Source: an uncultured bacterium (GTDB lineage Bacteria > Patescibacteriota > Minisyncoccia > Phycocordibacterales > UBA9973). From it: DNA of 64,000 bases. This document shows, piece by piece, positions 9,261 to 18,247 of the stretch. The stretch spans positions 28,213 through 92,212 of the forward strand of contig CAITQP010000007.1 of assembly GCA_903894565.1 (NCBI GenBank), in the 5' to 3' direction. Below the pieces are notes generated by a model, which did not search any database, had not been told where the DNA came from, and was given only the letters and a program-made list of their open reading frames with translations. The stretch's first letter is position 1. The number at the start of each line of letters is the position of its first letter. A program made the position numbers and the translations under genes.

Positions 9261-10058
9261 TTATCGAGTGAGCGCATTTATATACGCTCTTGTCAGAGCA
9301 CCGAAATACCCAGTGGCAGGAAGACCAACACTTGCTTGGTATGTTTTGAGAGCGTGTGTAGTCTTTGAACCAAACAGCGTCGAAAGTTTATTGATCGATC
9401 CCCATCCACTCAGCGCAACAGGTGCACCATGCGTATCGAGGAATTGCTCTAAATCAGCTACCGCCGGATCATTCATTCCCTGTTTAAAATTTTTTACAAA
9501 ATGAAAAGCAGTTCCGAGTGGAGCTGAAGCTGAAGGTGAAGGTGAAGCACTATTTTGTGTTTTGTAAATACACTCAGCATTCGCAGCAATTACAAACGAA
9601 CTTGCATTGTAATTACTCGCAAGTGGATCTTTGCAACCAAGGATAATGTTTGCTCCACGACTCGGTGAAACAGGAGCGACTGGAAGCGGACAACCCGTAG
9701 CTCCGGGCGTAATTACGACGGTACCCGTAGTAATCGTAAGTTGTGCGTCAGGTCGACTGCACACGGGTAAACCCGCGTCGTTGTTGAGAATAGTTGTTAT
9801 ATCAGAAGCCTTTACAGTAAGTGAATTGCCCGTACCTGCAACAACCGTCATACTTGTCGTTCCGTATGTCACAGACGAAGCAGTACTACCGGGAAGTATT
9901 GTAAGCGAAACTCCATTGACTGAAATCTGCGTATCGATAGAGTATGTCGATTCACCGACAGCCGATACGTGCGTTGGAGTCCCAAAAACTGCGAGGAAAA
10001 GAATCGCGAAAAATAGTGTCATGAACCCAAGTCCCTTATTTCCGTATTGTATTTTCAT
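9261..10058 (-). CDS. Secreted Thr/Ser-rich protein with C-terminal peptidoglycan-binding domain
   Basis: Signal peptide; GCKDPLASNYN repeat-like motif; V..LEQFL...FGSKT..ALKTYQ..GLPATGYFGALTR. Confidence 0.75.
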   Translation of the reverse strand: MKIQYGNKGLGFMTLFFAILFLAVFGTPTHVSAVGESTYSIDTQISVNGVSLTILPGSTASSVTYGTTSMTVVAGTGNSLTVKASDITTILNNDAGLPVCSRPDAQLTITTGTVVITPGATGCPLPVAPVSPSRGANIILGCKDPLASNYNASSFVIAANAECIYKTQNSASPSPSASAPLGTAFHFVKNFKQGMNDPAVADLEQFLDTHGAPVALSGWGSINKLSTLFGSKTTHALKTYQASVGLPATGYFGALTRAYINALTR

Positions 10059-10080
10059 TCTTTTTATTCGTAGAGACGAA

Positions 10081-10968
10081 TTAGTACTTGATGATGTAAT
10101 TGACGGCGAGATATGGACTGAGCTGATTGAAAGCGTCACCTGATCCAATCGTATTGGTCGTGTACTGCTGTGAGCCAGCAGCAACAACTGCCTGACCAAA
10201 AGCACCAAAGAGATTCAACGTGTCATAGGTGGCAGGCAAATTCACATTAAAGTTATGTGGTGGCAATTCGCCGATAGTCAAAGTATGTGTTTCTTCTCCT
10301 CCGGTCTGACCCAATGTCTTGTTTGAAATTCCAACAACACCAGAACTGACTCCCTCTCCAAAGCGACCTCGCATATCAGGCACCGTAAATGTTCCACTGC
10401 TTCCTCCGTACGTATAGCCGATCACTGCGAAGAGGTCTGGGTATGTTGCTGTTGAGTACGATGAACCATCACAAATCAGATAGCCAGCAGGTGCTGAACT
10501 TCCCGCAAACATATTCATTGATCCAGCTGGGACCAATGCATTCGTGCCATTTTTCGTCACGCCCCCAGAGACATCAAGCGTTCCGTTGACCGATGTAGTA
10601 CCAGTCGATGCAACTTTCAACAAAGAGCTTCCGTTCAATTGGAAGTCCGCGACATTACCAGTAAATCCTGACGCAGCATTCACTCCGAGTCCCGTTCCGT
10701 TCGTAGACCAACTTGCAGATATTGCGCCTGCAGGTTCAACGAGCGCGAGCGGCTTTGTCGTTGTTGACGAACCGCCAGTAAACCAAGAGCCAGAGAGACT
10801 GAGCGCCGGAGTAGAGAGAGTGCCACTCGTTGTATTGTTGATCAATGCACTGATAATAGTATCGGCACGTGCGACACCTCCAGAGACAAAGACGGTGGTA
10901 ACAAGCCCCGCCACAAGTCCAATCATAATTCCACGAGTCAGCACTTCTTTGGTGAGTAATTTCTTCAT
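10081..10968 (-). CDS. Secreted protein with phage tail-collar domain
   Basis: PAGSMNMFAG..APAGYLICDG...YPDLFAVIG.TYGG....F.VPDMRGR, GGEETHTLT..ELPPH, PYLAVNYIIK. Confidence 0.85.
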   Translation of the reverse strand: MKKLLTKEVLTRGIMIGLVAGLVTTVFVSGGVARADTIISALINNTTSGTLSTPALSLSGSWFTGGSSTTTKPLALVEPAGAISASWSTNGTGLGVNAASGFTGNVADFQLNGSSLLKVASTGTTSVNGTLDVSGGVTKNGTNALVPAGSMNMFAGSSAPAGYLICDGSSYSTATYPDLFAVIGYTYGGSSGTFTVPDMRGRFGEGVSSGVVGISNKTLGQTGGEETHTLTIGELPPHNFNVNLPATYDTLNLFGAFGQAVVAAGSQQYTTNTIGSGDAFNQLSPYLAVNYIIKY

Positions 10969-11061
10969 AGATAAATATAAATTAATAACTTTACTAATTT
11001 TAACACAAATCATAAAAGAAAATCGATAAAATCACATCTCGCCGGTATCCTTTTTAAAGAT

Positions 11062-11090
11062 TTGACATATTGAATCAATAATTTTATATT
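11062..11090 (+). promoter_or_regulatory. sigma70-type promoter
   Basis: TTGACA-17 bp-TATATT. Confidence 0.6.
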
Positions 11091-11120
11091 TATAACCAAA
11101 CTTTCTAAAACGTTATTTGT

Positions 11121-11468
11121 ATGGCGAAAAAAATATGGTACCTCGACAGTAATCCTGTGAGCGTTTTACTCGCACAAAAATTATGCGAGATATTGAAAAT
11201 TGGATTCGAAGAAGTAAAGGAAGAAAAGATTTTTGAGATATTGTCCCAGTGCAACTTGGGAAAAAGTATCCTGATCATGGATCTAAATTCAGATCCCTAC
11301 CATCATTTGGATTCTTATCCGGAATTGCACAAAAGAACAGAAGTATATATTATTTCTAGTTCACTGAGACAATCTGACGGTGATACTGCCTCGAGCGACC
11401 CGAGAGTGTCCGGTTATCTAACCTTACCACTCACGATAAACGATCTAACAAGAATCGCCTCGCCGTAA
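11121..11468 (+). CDS. Degenerate stand-alone receiver (CheY-like) domain
   Basis: IWYLDSNP, LIMDLN, YIISSS, GYLTLPLT (conserved Lys replaced by Leu). Confidence 0.6.
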   Translation: MAKKIWYLDSNPVSVLLAQKLCEILKIGFEEVKEEKIFEILSQCNLGKSILIMDLNSDPYHHLDSYPELHKRTEVYIISSSLRQSDGDTASSDPRVSGYLTLPLTINDLTRIASP

Positions 11469-11489
11469 CAAACGAATTCACGACAATGC

Positions 11490-11523
11490 AAAACCGGCTG
11501 AGTTTATAACTCAGCCGGTTTCT
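11490..11523. terminator. Bidirectional intrinsic terminator
   Basis: aaaaccggctgagtt-tat-aactcagccggtttt between convergent genes. Confidence 0.7.
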
Positions 11524-11942
11524 TCTGGAAAAAACTTTGTGCCGTTTGGTTCAATTATTTCATGAACTCGATTAACAAAAAATTTTATCTCTTTAATTTT
11601 CAGCGTACGTAGCTGATCTCCGGTAATTCGTCTCAAAAAAATAAAGACCTCCCTGTCCAACCTTTGGATATTGAGACGATTTTCATCATTCTCAAACTTA
11701 CCAAATTTTTTGAACCTTTCACCATAGGTGATGGGCTTCCATTTCGTTGCCCGGATAATCTCGCGGCACTCTCTTACGTTGCAACTTTTTGCGATCGTTA
11801 CAATACCAAGTAGGGTGTCGTAATAGATTGTAGATAGACCACTATCCGGATCAATGTGGTCTATTGTCTTCTTCCCTGTCTTCATAACATCGGGATGCTG
11901 CGAAGTAATCTGCACAGTAAGCAATTTGTGTTTGGCTGCCAT
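11511..11942 (-). CDS. Orphan hypothetical protein
   Basis: 143-aa ORF, no recognised motif. Confidence 0.5.
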   Translation of the reverse strand: MAAKHKLLTVQITSQHPDVMKTGKKTIDHIDPDSGLSTIYYDTLLGIVTIAKSCNVRECREIIRATKWKPITYGERFKKFGKFENDENRLNIQRLDREVFIFLRRITGDQLRTLKIKEIKFFVNRVHEIIEPNGTKFFPEETG

Positions 11943-12018
11943 AGAAAACTATTTTCTTTAATCTAATCCGTATCGCCTCAATATGCAAGACTCAAAAAAA
12001 TAAGTGGGTTATTTATAT

Positions 12019-12047
12019 TTGACATAAATCAAATATTATAGTAATAT
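12019..12047 (+). promoter_or_regulatory. sigma70-type promoter
   Basis: TTGACA-17 bp-TAATAT. Confidence 0.6.
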
Positions 12048-12083
12048 GTAAAAAATATTTCATCACTCACAATTCAAAAAACA

Positions 12084-12713
12084 ATGAATATAGAACAAGT
12101 AATTCAGCTCGTTAACAACGAGGGGATCACCTACGAAGGAGATCTGAGGCACTACTTCCGCGTAATTTGGCAAAGCGAGAATGTGGACGTCCCCTACCAC
12201 AACCTGAGGCATATGCTGCACGTGCTGTGGCATACTCATCGTGGTTTAGTGTCAACGGGGATCTCCCCGATTGAAATAAGAAAAACATTAATCGCGGCGA
12301 TATTCCACGATTATAATCATCCGGGGAAACTCGGAAACGATGCTGACAATATCGAAATTGCAGTGCAGGGACTGCGTAATAATATCTTGCCAGAAGATGC
12401 TGTGCATATGGAGGATATTGTCACCTGCATAAAAGCAACTCAGTTTCCCCATATTCAAGGTGAATTCCCTATCAACGCAAAAATTCTGAGGGACGTTGAC
12501 GTTGCATCAACATTAAATAACGTCTGGATGCAGACGGTATTATTTGGTCTTGGAAAGGAGTTTGGTAAAACTCCAAATGAAATGCTAAAAATGCAATTAG
12601 TATTTCTCCCTTTGCTTAAATTTGAAACAATATGGGCCCAAAAAGAATACGGACCCCTGGTCAAAAAACGAATCAAAGAGGTTCAAAAGATGATTGATTG
12701 TCTCAGTATCTAA
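12084..12713 (+). CDS. HD-domain phosphohydrolase
   Basis: PYHNLRH, AAIFHDYNH.G, ATQFPH, ILRDVD. Confidence 0.8.
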   Translation: MNIEQVIQLVNNEGITYEGDLRHYFRVIWQSENVDVPYHNLRHMLHVLWHTHRGLVSTGISPIEIRKTLIAAIFHDYNHPGKLGNDADNIEIAVQGLRNNILPEDAVHMEDIVTCIKATQFPHIQGEFPINAKILRDVDVASTLNNVWMQTVLFGLGKEFGKTPNEMLKMQLVFLPLLKFETIWAQKEYGPLVKKRIKEVQKMIDCLSI

Positions 12714-12789
12714 TAAACTATTGACTCAATTTTATTTTTTTGGTTCACACGAATTACACCAGGATCTTGCAATGCGAGGTCCTGGTTTC

Positions 12790-13626
12790 TTATTTACCCA
12801 AAGCGGCATAGAACCCACACCAAGAAAAAATTGCCTCAAATATGGCAAACCCTGACAAGAATATCAGAACTAAGCTCCATGTAGTTGTTATTGCCCAGAC
12901 AAGGAGTATCACTCCAATGAACAATCTGATGAGACGACCCTTGGTGCCGATATTTTTGCTCACTCCTCGCTCCGTATTTTTTGCAATTTTTCTCAACACA
13001 AAACGATACACGAGACCGAGAGCACCCGCGAGCACATAGAGCATAAGAACAATCCCCCACCCGAAGGGTGAGAGAATAAAAGATATTGGCGACTCATTAA
13101 AGAACACGCTCTTCAAGTGCGGGACAAGCGTGAGCGCGTTCATTATTTCTGTAAAGTTAAAGTTTTCAATCTCTCCAATCGCAAGAGAATACTTGCTGTC
13201 ATTATTCCCGCTCGTCACAGTCACAACATATGTCCCGGCATCGGCAACAGCTCTGTACTCTGGACCAGTCCAGTAATTGTCATGACCAAACGGCTCAAAC
13301 ATTTTTTGCCATGCAAACTGCGTGCCATCAAGGGCAAGGAATGGTTTGCCGTCTTTTGAAATTGTAGCGGAAACATCTTTCTTTTGACCGGAGATATCAG
13401 GCACCAAAATATTGACGTACAAATTAAAAGGAGCGCTCGCGTGTATTGTATACACGTCAGGCACTCCAGTTAATTTTCCGTAATACGCCTTCGATATCTC
13501 AGGATCGACAACAGCTGTTTGCCTACTTTCAACCATCCGTGGTTGATGAGCAGACGCAGACATTGGAATGAGCACACAGAGAAATAGGAACAATGGAAAT
13601 ACTTTTTTAAACGAGAGTTTTTTCAT
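12790..13626 (-). CDS. Exported/membrane protein with C-terminal DUF2892-like domain
   Basis: Signal peptide ASAHQPR; KNIGTKGRLIR...EAIFSWCGFYAALG. Confidence 0.65.
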   Translation of the reverse strand: MKKLSFKKVFPLFLFLCVLIPMSASAHQPRMVESRQTAVVDPEISKAYYGKLTGVPDVYTIHASAPFNLYVNILVPDISGQKKDVSATISKDGKPFLALDGTQFAWQKMFEPFGHDNYWTGPEYRAVADAGTYVVTVTSGNNDSKYSLAIGEIENFNFTEIMNALTLVPHLKSVFFNESPISFILSPFGWGIVLMLYVLAGALGLVYRFVLRKIAKNTERGVSKNIGTKGRLIRLFIGVILLVWAITTTWSLVLIFLSGFAIFEAIFSWCGFYAALGK

Positions 13627-13676
13627 GCTCTCATTGTATCACCTTCTTGCGTCCTTCGAGCTCTTTTATGGCACAA

Positions 13677-14093
13677 TTATTTTTTTGCGAACAATTGAGA
13701 ATACGTTGCGCGTTGTTGCCACAAGAAGTATCCGTTAAGCACTGCGAATACAACGCCAGGAACTGATCCTGAAGTAAACAATCCCCCGTCAAGGAACGCA
13801 TGGAAAGCAACAATATTGACTGTGATCGGCAATACCAAAAGCGCAGCGAGCGCCATGCGATTTGTCCAAACAAGGACAAATGACAGCGCAAACACAATAG
13901 CCATAATATAATTTATGTACGAGGCAGAATCCATGAGCATTTGAATGAATGCGAACGACTGCGGATTGTTGTACATAGCCTGTGTTGGTGCCGGAAATAC
14001 ATGCACAGCTCCCAATATTGGAATGAGCATTATCGCACTAAATATAATTTTGAGAAAAACATTCGTATATTTTTTCATATTTTTTACATTCAT
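13677..14093 (-). CDS. DoxX-like membrane protein
   Basis: LLVLPITVNIVAFHAFLD; four TM helices. Confidence 0.6.
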   Translation of the reverse strand: MNVKNMKKYTNVFLKIIFSAIMLIPILGAVHVFPAPTQAMYNNPQSFAFIQMLMDSASYINYIMAIVFALSFVLVWTNRMALAALLVLPITVNIVAFHAFLDGGLFTSGSVPGVVFAVLNGYFLWQQRATYSQLFAKK

Positions 14094-14120
14094 TATTTTT
14101 TACAAACCTTATAAAAATAG

Positions 14121-14492
14121 TTAGACCTGTTTCAGAGAAAACTCTGGATTATAAATAAGTCCGATAAGATTATTCCATGGATCTTTTACCGTAGCAACCA
14201 TAACCTCACCACCCACGTTCATCGGCTTTTCGATAGCTGTAGCATCTTGTTCCAAAAATCTTTTGTACTCTTTGTTGATGTCTTCTACTCCCCAGAAAAC
14301 AGCAACATTCTCACCATGTACCACTTCTTCAGGTTGGAGCCCAAGCTCATACCCACCAACATTGAACCCAACATAAAAGGTCTCATCAAAGTATGGTTGG
14401 GTTTGAAATACATTGGTATACCACTCTTTCGCCTGACCCAAATCACTGACCTTGTAAATAACGGTTCTCAATCCAAGAATTGGTGTTTTCAT
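14121..14492 (-). CDS. VOC/glyoxalase family protein
   Basis: VSDL..AKEWY, YVGFNVGGYELGL, DPWNNLIGLI. Confidence 0.9.
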   Translation of the reverse strand: MKTPILGLRTVIYKVSDLGQAKEWYTNVFQTQPYFDETFYVGFNVGGYELGLQPEEVVHGENVAVFWGVEDINKEYKRFLEQDATAIEKPMNVGGEVMVATVKDPWNNLIGLIYNPEFSLKQV

Positions 14493-14528
14493 ATTTGGTG
14501 ATTATAACAGAAATTTAAAACTAATCGT

Positions 14529-14557
14529 TTGACTTAAATAAAATTATGTGTTATTGT
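14529..14557 (+). promoter_or_regulatory. sigma70-type promoter
   Basis: TTGACT-17 bp-TATTGT with TGn. Confidence 0.5.
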
Positions 14558-14597
14558 CAATAATGATATATTCTTCCATAACTTAATAAAATAGCTG

Positions 14598-15380
14598 ATG
14601 AAAAAAATAACAATATTTATCGTACTCACCTGCGCATTCGTGAGCGCCTACGGACAAAAGATCCAGTATCAAATGTCAAACCCCCTCCCAGACAGCCTTC
14701 GAAGGGTCTTAAAAAGTACTTTGCAGGACTTCCAAAAGAAGTATGGGAGCCTTGGGACCATTGTAGTTCGGGATACAACCGAACAGAACATTTATGCGAA
14801 CGATGGGACCACCTGTACGCTCGCAAGGGCGCACCATGGAAGCGTAAGTATAAATGTATTCGCCCTCAAGCGGTACAATCTGACCAAAATTGATTTTAGG
14901 AATACGATTGCCCATGAGGCGAAACACATGTTGATCCCCGAAGGAATTCGTTTGACCAAGCCATTCAAATTGGCTGACGGACATACAATTATCGGATTTA
15001 GAGGATTGAATTTGATAGTTGATTCCGTCAACGACGTCAAATTCGCAAAAATTGAGGAAGGTTCGGCGGAAGCACTCGCCTCATTGTTATACAGTGATTA
15101 CACGTGCTTTGATTCGATGGATGTTCCCTTGGGAACATTGGTTCGGTGCTGTATCCAAGCAAAATGGATCACAACAACTGACCTGATAAGAACAACCAAG
15201 GAGAGCGATGTGCCAGGCTTGGTTGGCCTCATTCTGGGAATACCGACAAACAAAGTTACCGCGAGTGACATCGTTTGTGTGGTAAATGCATTTAACTATG
15301 CATACCAAAAAAGTGATTACAAACTCCCCTTTTTAGCTTTACAACAAAAACGCGGAGGAGTGCAAAAATTTAAATTTTGA
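14598..15380 (+). CDS. Secreted gluzincin-like metallopeptidase (tentative)
   Basis: Signal peptide ending AYG-Q; IAHEAKH plus downstream IEEGSAE third-ligand motif. Confidence 0.55.
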   Translation: MKKITIFIVLTCAFVSAYGQKIQYQMSNPLPDSLRRVLKSTLQDFQKKYGSLGTIVVRDTTEQNIYANDGTTCTLARAHHGSVSINVFALKRYNLTKIDFRNTIAHEAKHMLIPEGIRLTKPFKLADGHTIIGFRGLNLIVDSVNDVKFAKIEEGSAEALASLLYSDYTCFDSMDVPLGTLVRCCIQAKWITTTDLIRTTKESDVPGLVGLILGIPTNKVTASDIVCVVNAFNYAYQKSDYKLPFLALQQKRGGVQKFKF

Positions 15381-15392
15381 ACAAATAGTAAG

Positions 15393-15431
15393 TTAGGGGC
15401 AGGAATATATATTTCTGCCCCTAATTTTTTT
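15393..15431 (+). terminator. Intrinsic terminator
   Basis: ttaggggcaggaatat...atttctgcccctaa followed by T run. Confidence 0.7.
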
Positions 15432-15436
15432 ATAAC

Positions 15437-16126
15437 TTACCGCTGAGAACAAAGACGAGACTGATGACCCCAAACAGAAATGCCCACACTAGGATAATTA
15501 CTGCACCCGAGGAATCGGCCGAATTTGCCGGATCGCTCGACGAGCTGTCCGCCGCACTTTGGACAGACCGAACTGGCGGTGCCAACCGAAACATCGATTT
15601 TGGCGAGGCGCAGATAGTCCATGAGTTTGAATCTGTCAACGAGTTCAATCGGCTTTTCTGCGGCGAATTTCTCGGCGTCTAAAGTGAAGACGTTGGTCGT
15701 AATGAAGTAACCCTTTCCTCCGTCGAGCTTGTCGGCAATTGCGCCATAGAAGTCGCGCACCGCACCGACAGACACTTGGCGCGTGATGAACTTCTTGCAT
15801 TGTATGTAGTGGACGACTCCATCCTTCTCGGCTTCGACATCTATTCCGCCGTCCCCGACACCACCGACCACTCGCGTCTTGTATCCAAGAGCGCGAAAAA
15901 GTTCGGCTGTGTACGATTCAAACTCAGACGGAGTGAGTCGCTGTAAATCTAAAATCTTTTTCTTACTGAAGAACCAACGGATACGACTTTTACGGTTGAG
16001 CAGATCAGTCAGCACTTGCAACGCGAGTGCGAGAATTACAACACCTCCTGCCAGAAGCCAGAGTTTTTTAACAGCCCATATTGCTTGTAAAATCTCAAAA
16101 AGAAAGTTACTTGTTCCAAAGTTCAT
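15437..16126 (-). CDS. Mrr-family restriction endonuclease with TM anchor and truncated Topo-C4 zinc ribbon
   Basis: FE...AELF..LGY, GDGGIDV, IQCK, VRDFYG, ITTNVFT..A; CPKCGG.LVERSGKFGRFLGCSNYP then out-of-family tail. Confidence 0.85.
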   Translation of the reverse strand: MNFGTSNFLFEILQAIWAVKKLWLLAGGVVILALALQVLTDLLNRKSRIRWFFSKKKILDLQRLTPSEFESYTAELFRALGYKTRVVGGVGDGGIDVEAEKDGVVHYIQCKKFITRQVSVGAVRDFYGAIADKLDGGKGYFITTNVFTLDAEKFAAEKPIELVDRFKLMDYLRLAKIDVSVGTASSVCPKCGGQLVERSGKFGRFLGCSNYPSVGISVWGHQSRLCSQR

Positions 16127-16149
16127 ATATCTAAGTAAATAAACTGCTC

Positions 16150-17934
16150 CTAACTTTGTTTGACTGGAGACATAGTGATTCGAGGCTCCCCGTTTGCATC
16201 CAGATACGGCGAGACCCTTCGGAACCCGTCCTGAATGCGCGTTCCAAAATTGTCATTTCCGGAAAGGAATTTCTTGAAATTGTTATATACCGCGTTTAAG
16301 AGAGTGTTACTTTTTTCGCCGTACTCGCTCGTTTCTGAGCCCGGAATATCCGCAGCAATTTTATCCGCCTGCTCCTGATGAGATTTTTCCGTTAGAACAT
16401 ATGTCAGAAATTCATAAGTATTGAGCCATCGCTCCTGCTCCGGACGATCAGCTTTTTGCATGAAGAAATCGAACTGCGCCTTCAGATTCTTATAGAAATC
16501 TTTTTCTGCGTCGTTCAGCAAATAATCATGCTCTTTGTTATTCTCGTCTTCCAACAGCAAAATGATGTGATTCGTCAAATAGTGTAATGATTCATGTAAA
16601 ACCGTCTCATTATAGCCTTCTTTTGATGTGTATAGCTCAGGTTCGGAAATAATGAAATCGTTCGTTGATTTTAACTCTCCGTTTTCGAGGGCGATGTTCG
16701 TCTGGGCTGTTCCGAGGTGCTTGTGAGGATTCTCTCCTTCAAAAAGAGCGACATCCAAATTTTGTGTCCCTTGTAAAAGTAAGCTCGCGAGTGTTTTCTG
16801 TCTCAGGTCGGTTGTCGTGTCTTCGATTCCCCGAAGAACTTTTGCGAGCTCTTTCTTTTCCAAGCCGAGGTATTGCTGCCATTCACCGAATTGTTCCTTG
16901 AAGTTATCCGTTCGCACTACCCTCCACGCATGCTCATCTAGATTCGACTGAGGTCCGCCTTTATAGGCGAGCAAACTGCCATGCTCGTCTTTGTCTTCAT
17001 CGGAAACATGAATCACCTCGGCCTGCTCTTCCGCTTCCTGCGTCAGAGAAAAAGCATAGCTCAATGATGCATTTTCCAGCTTTCCACCCGCAACAAATTC
17101 TTTGAATCTTTTAGTATCTGACTCTGAACCGAGAATATGAATTTGGGATGGATCGAAAACGATGATCCATTTTTTCTCTCCTTCCAATCCGCTTTTTCTT
17201 ACGATCTCGCTGCCGTCATCAATGACAGCATCATAGCCCATGGATTTTAGAGGCTTAATCTGATACTCGTTCAGATTACCAATGAAATTCATATTATGAC
17301 TTAAATCTATAACGAGGTTATTATCGCTATTGAAAAGGCCAATTTCTTTTTCCATTCTCGGGGGCTTAGTGACAATAAGTTTATCGTCTTCGATGCGATG
17401 TTTCCATCCTATGGTTGCCCATCTCTCTAGCACGCCTTCGGTACTCAACACCGTGTCTATTTCTTGTTGCCCCTCTGCCAAGACCTTATCGTCAATTTTC
17501 GAAATTTCTTTCTCTCCAGTCATTACTGGATTCTTTATATCAACAACGGAAGGAATTATTCTTTTAGCTTGATTTTCTACACTTCCACTACCCCGAGTTT
17601 TCGCATCTTCTAGACTAGAAGTAAAAAATACACCTCCATGTTTTTTGAACCCGAAGCTCGATTCTTTCTCCACATCGAATTCAGAAAATTCCTCTTCGGA
17701 AGTAGTCCCGTGCCAAACAATGTCTTTTACCTTGCTTTCAGGGAAAATAGTTTCAAGATATTTTTTGTACAACTGAACAGCCTCGGGTGAAGTTCCCCCT
17801 GCCACCCTAGCTAAGTCAGGGCTAAGCTTAAAAATTTCGTGAATGTTATTTTCCTGCACGGAAATAAAACCTTCTGACTCCTTATGACCAGGGTCTCGTT
17901 GCATATTTTCCATCGGGTTCATGTTTCCAAACAT
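16150..17934 (-). CDS. Polyvalent-like protein: ADP-ribosyltransferase-like domain plus HExxH metallopeptidase
   Basis: VWHGT...F..F...GVFFT...IKNP...GYDAVI...IVFDPSQI; VRTDNFKEQFGEW; VLHESLH; DANGEP. Confidence 0.6.
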   Translation of the reverse strand: MFGNMNPMENMQRDPGHKESEGFISVQENNIHEIFKLSPDLARVAGGTSPEAVQLYKKYLETIFPESKVKDIVWHGTTSEEEFSEFDVEKESSFGFKKHGGVFFTSSLEDAKTRGSGSVENQAKRIIPSVVDIKNPVMTGEKEISKIDDKVLAEGQQEIDTVLSTEGVLERWATIGWKHRIEDDKLIVTKPPRMEKEIGLFNSDNNLVIDLSHNMNFIGNLNEYQIKPLKSMGYDAVIDDGSEIVRKSGLEGEKKWIIVFDPSQIHILGSESDTKRFKEFVAGGKLENASLSYAFSLTQEAEEQAEVIHVSDEDKDEHGSLLAYKGGPQSNLDEHAWRVVRTDNFKEQFGEWQQYLGLEKKELAKVLRGIEDTTTDLRQKTLASLLLQGTQNLDVALFEGENPHKHLGTAQTNIALENGELKSTNDFIISEPELYTSKEGYNETVLHESLHYLTNHIILLLEDENNKEHDYLLNDAEKDFYKNLKAQFDFFMQKADRPEQERWLNTYEFLTYVLTEKSHQEQADKIAADIPGSETSEYGEKSNTLLNAVYNNFKKFLSGNDNFGTRIQDGFRRVSPYLDANGEPRITMSPVKQS

Positions 17935-17974
17935 ATGTAAAAGAATTATAGCAGAGTTAATGACCTAAAGCAGA

Positions 17975-18148
17975 AAACACCCGTCTTGGACTCGAACCGA
18001 TACGAACAGCAAAAATACCTTCCAATAGAAAGGTATTTTTGCGAATTCACGCACATTTTGAATTTTTGAGGCCTCTCGGACTCGAACCAAAATTTTGCGA
18101 ACAAACTTGCAAAATAAGGCGTCTCGGTCGGTCTCACTGTTTTGCTGC
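17975..18148. repeat. 174-bp att-like module, copy 1
   Basis: Same length and collinear with 19408-19581; starts aaacacccg..tgga(c/t)tcgaacc, contains hairpin agcaaaaatacctt..aaggtatttttgc, ends tcggtcggtctcactgttttgctgc. Confidence 0.9.
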
Positions 18149-18247
18149 CGCACTGCGACTCGAACTTTTCTTGAAAATACGTTGCTAAATATAGACTTCG
18201 GTTTTCAATTTCTTTGAAATTCTTGGTTCGAGTCCGAGCAGGGTCAG

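Noticed and set aside
10081-10968. Prophage inferred from the tail-collar gene
   Set aside because: No other virion, terminase or replication genes, and the protein has a signal peptide.
16143-16150. tgctcc as a third att core closing the polyvalent cassette
   Set aside because: A 5/6 match only, with no flanking module similarity; easily chance.
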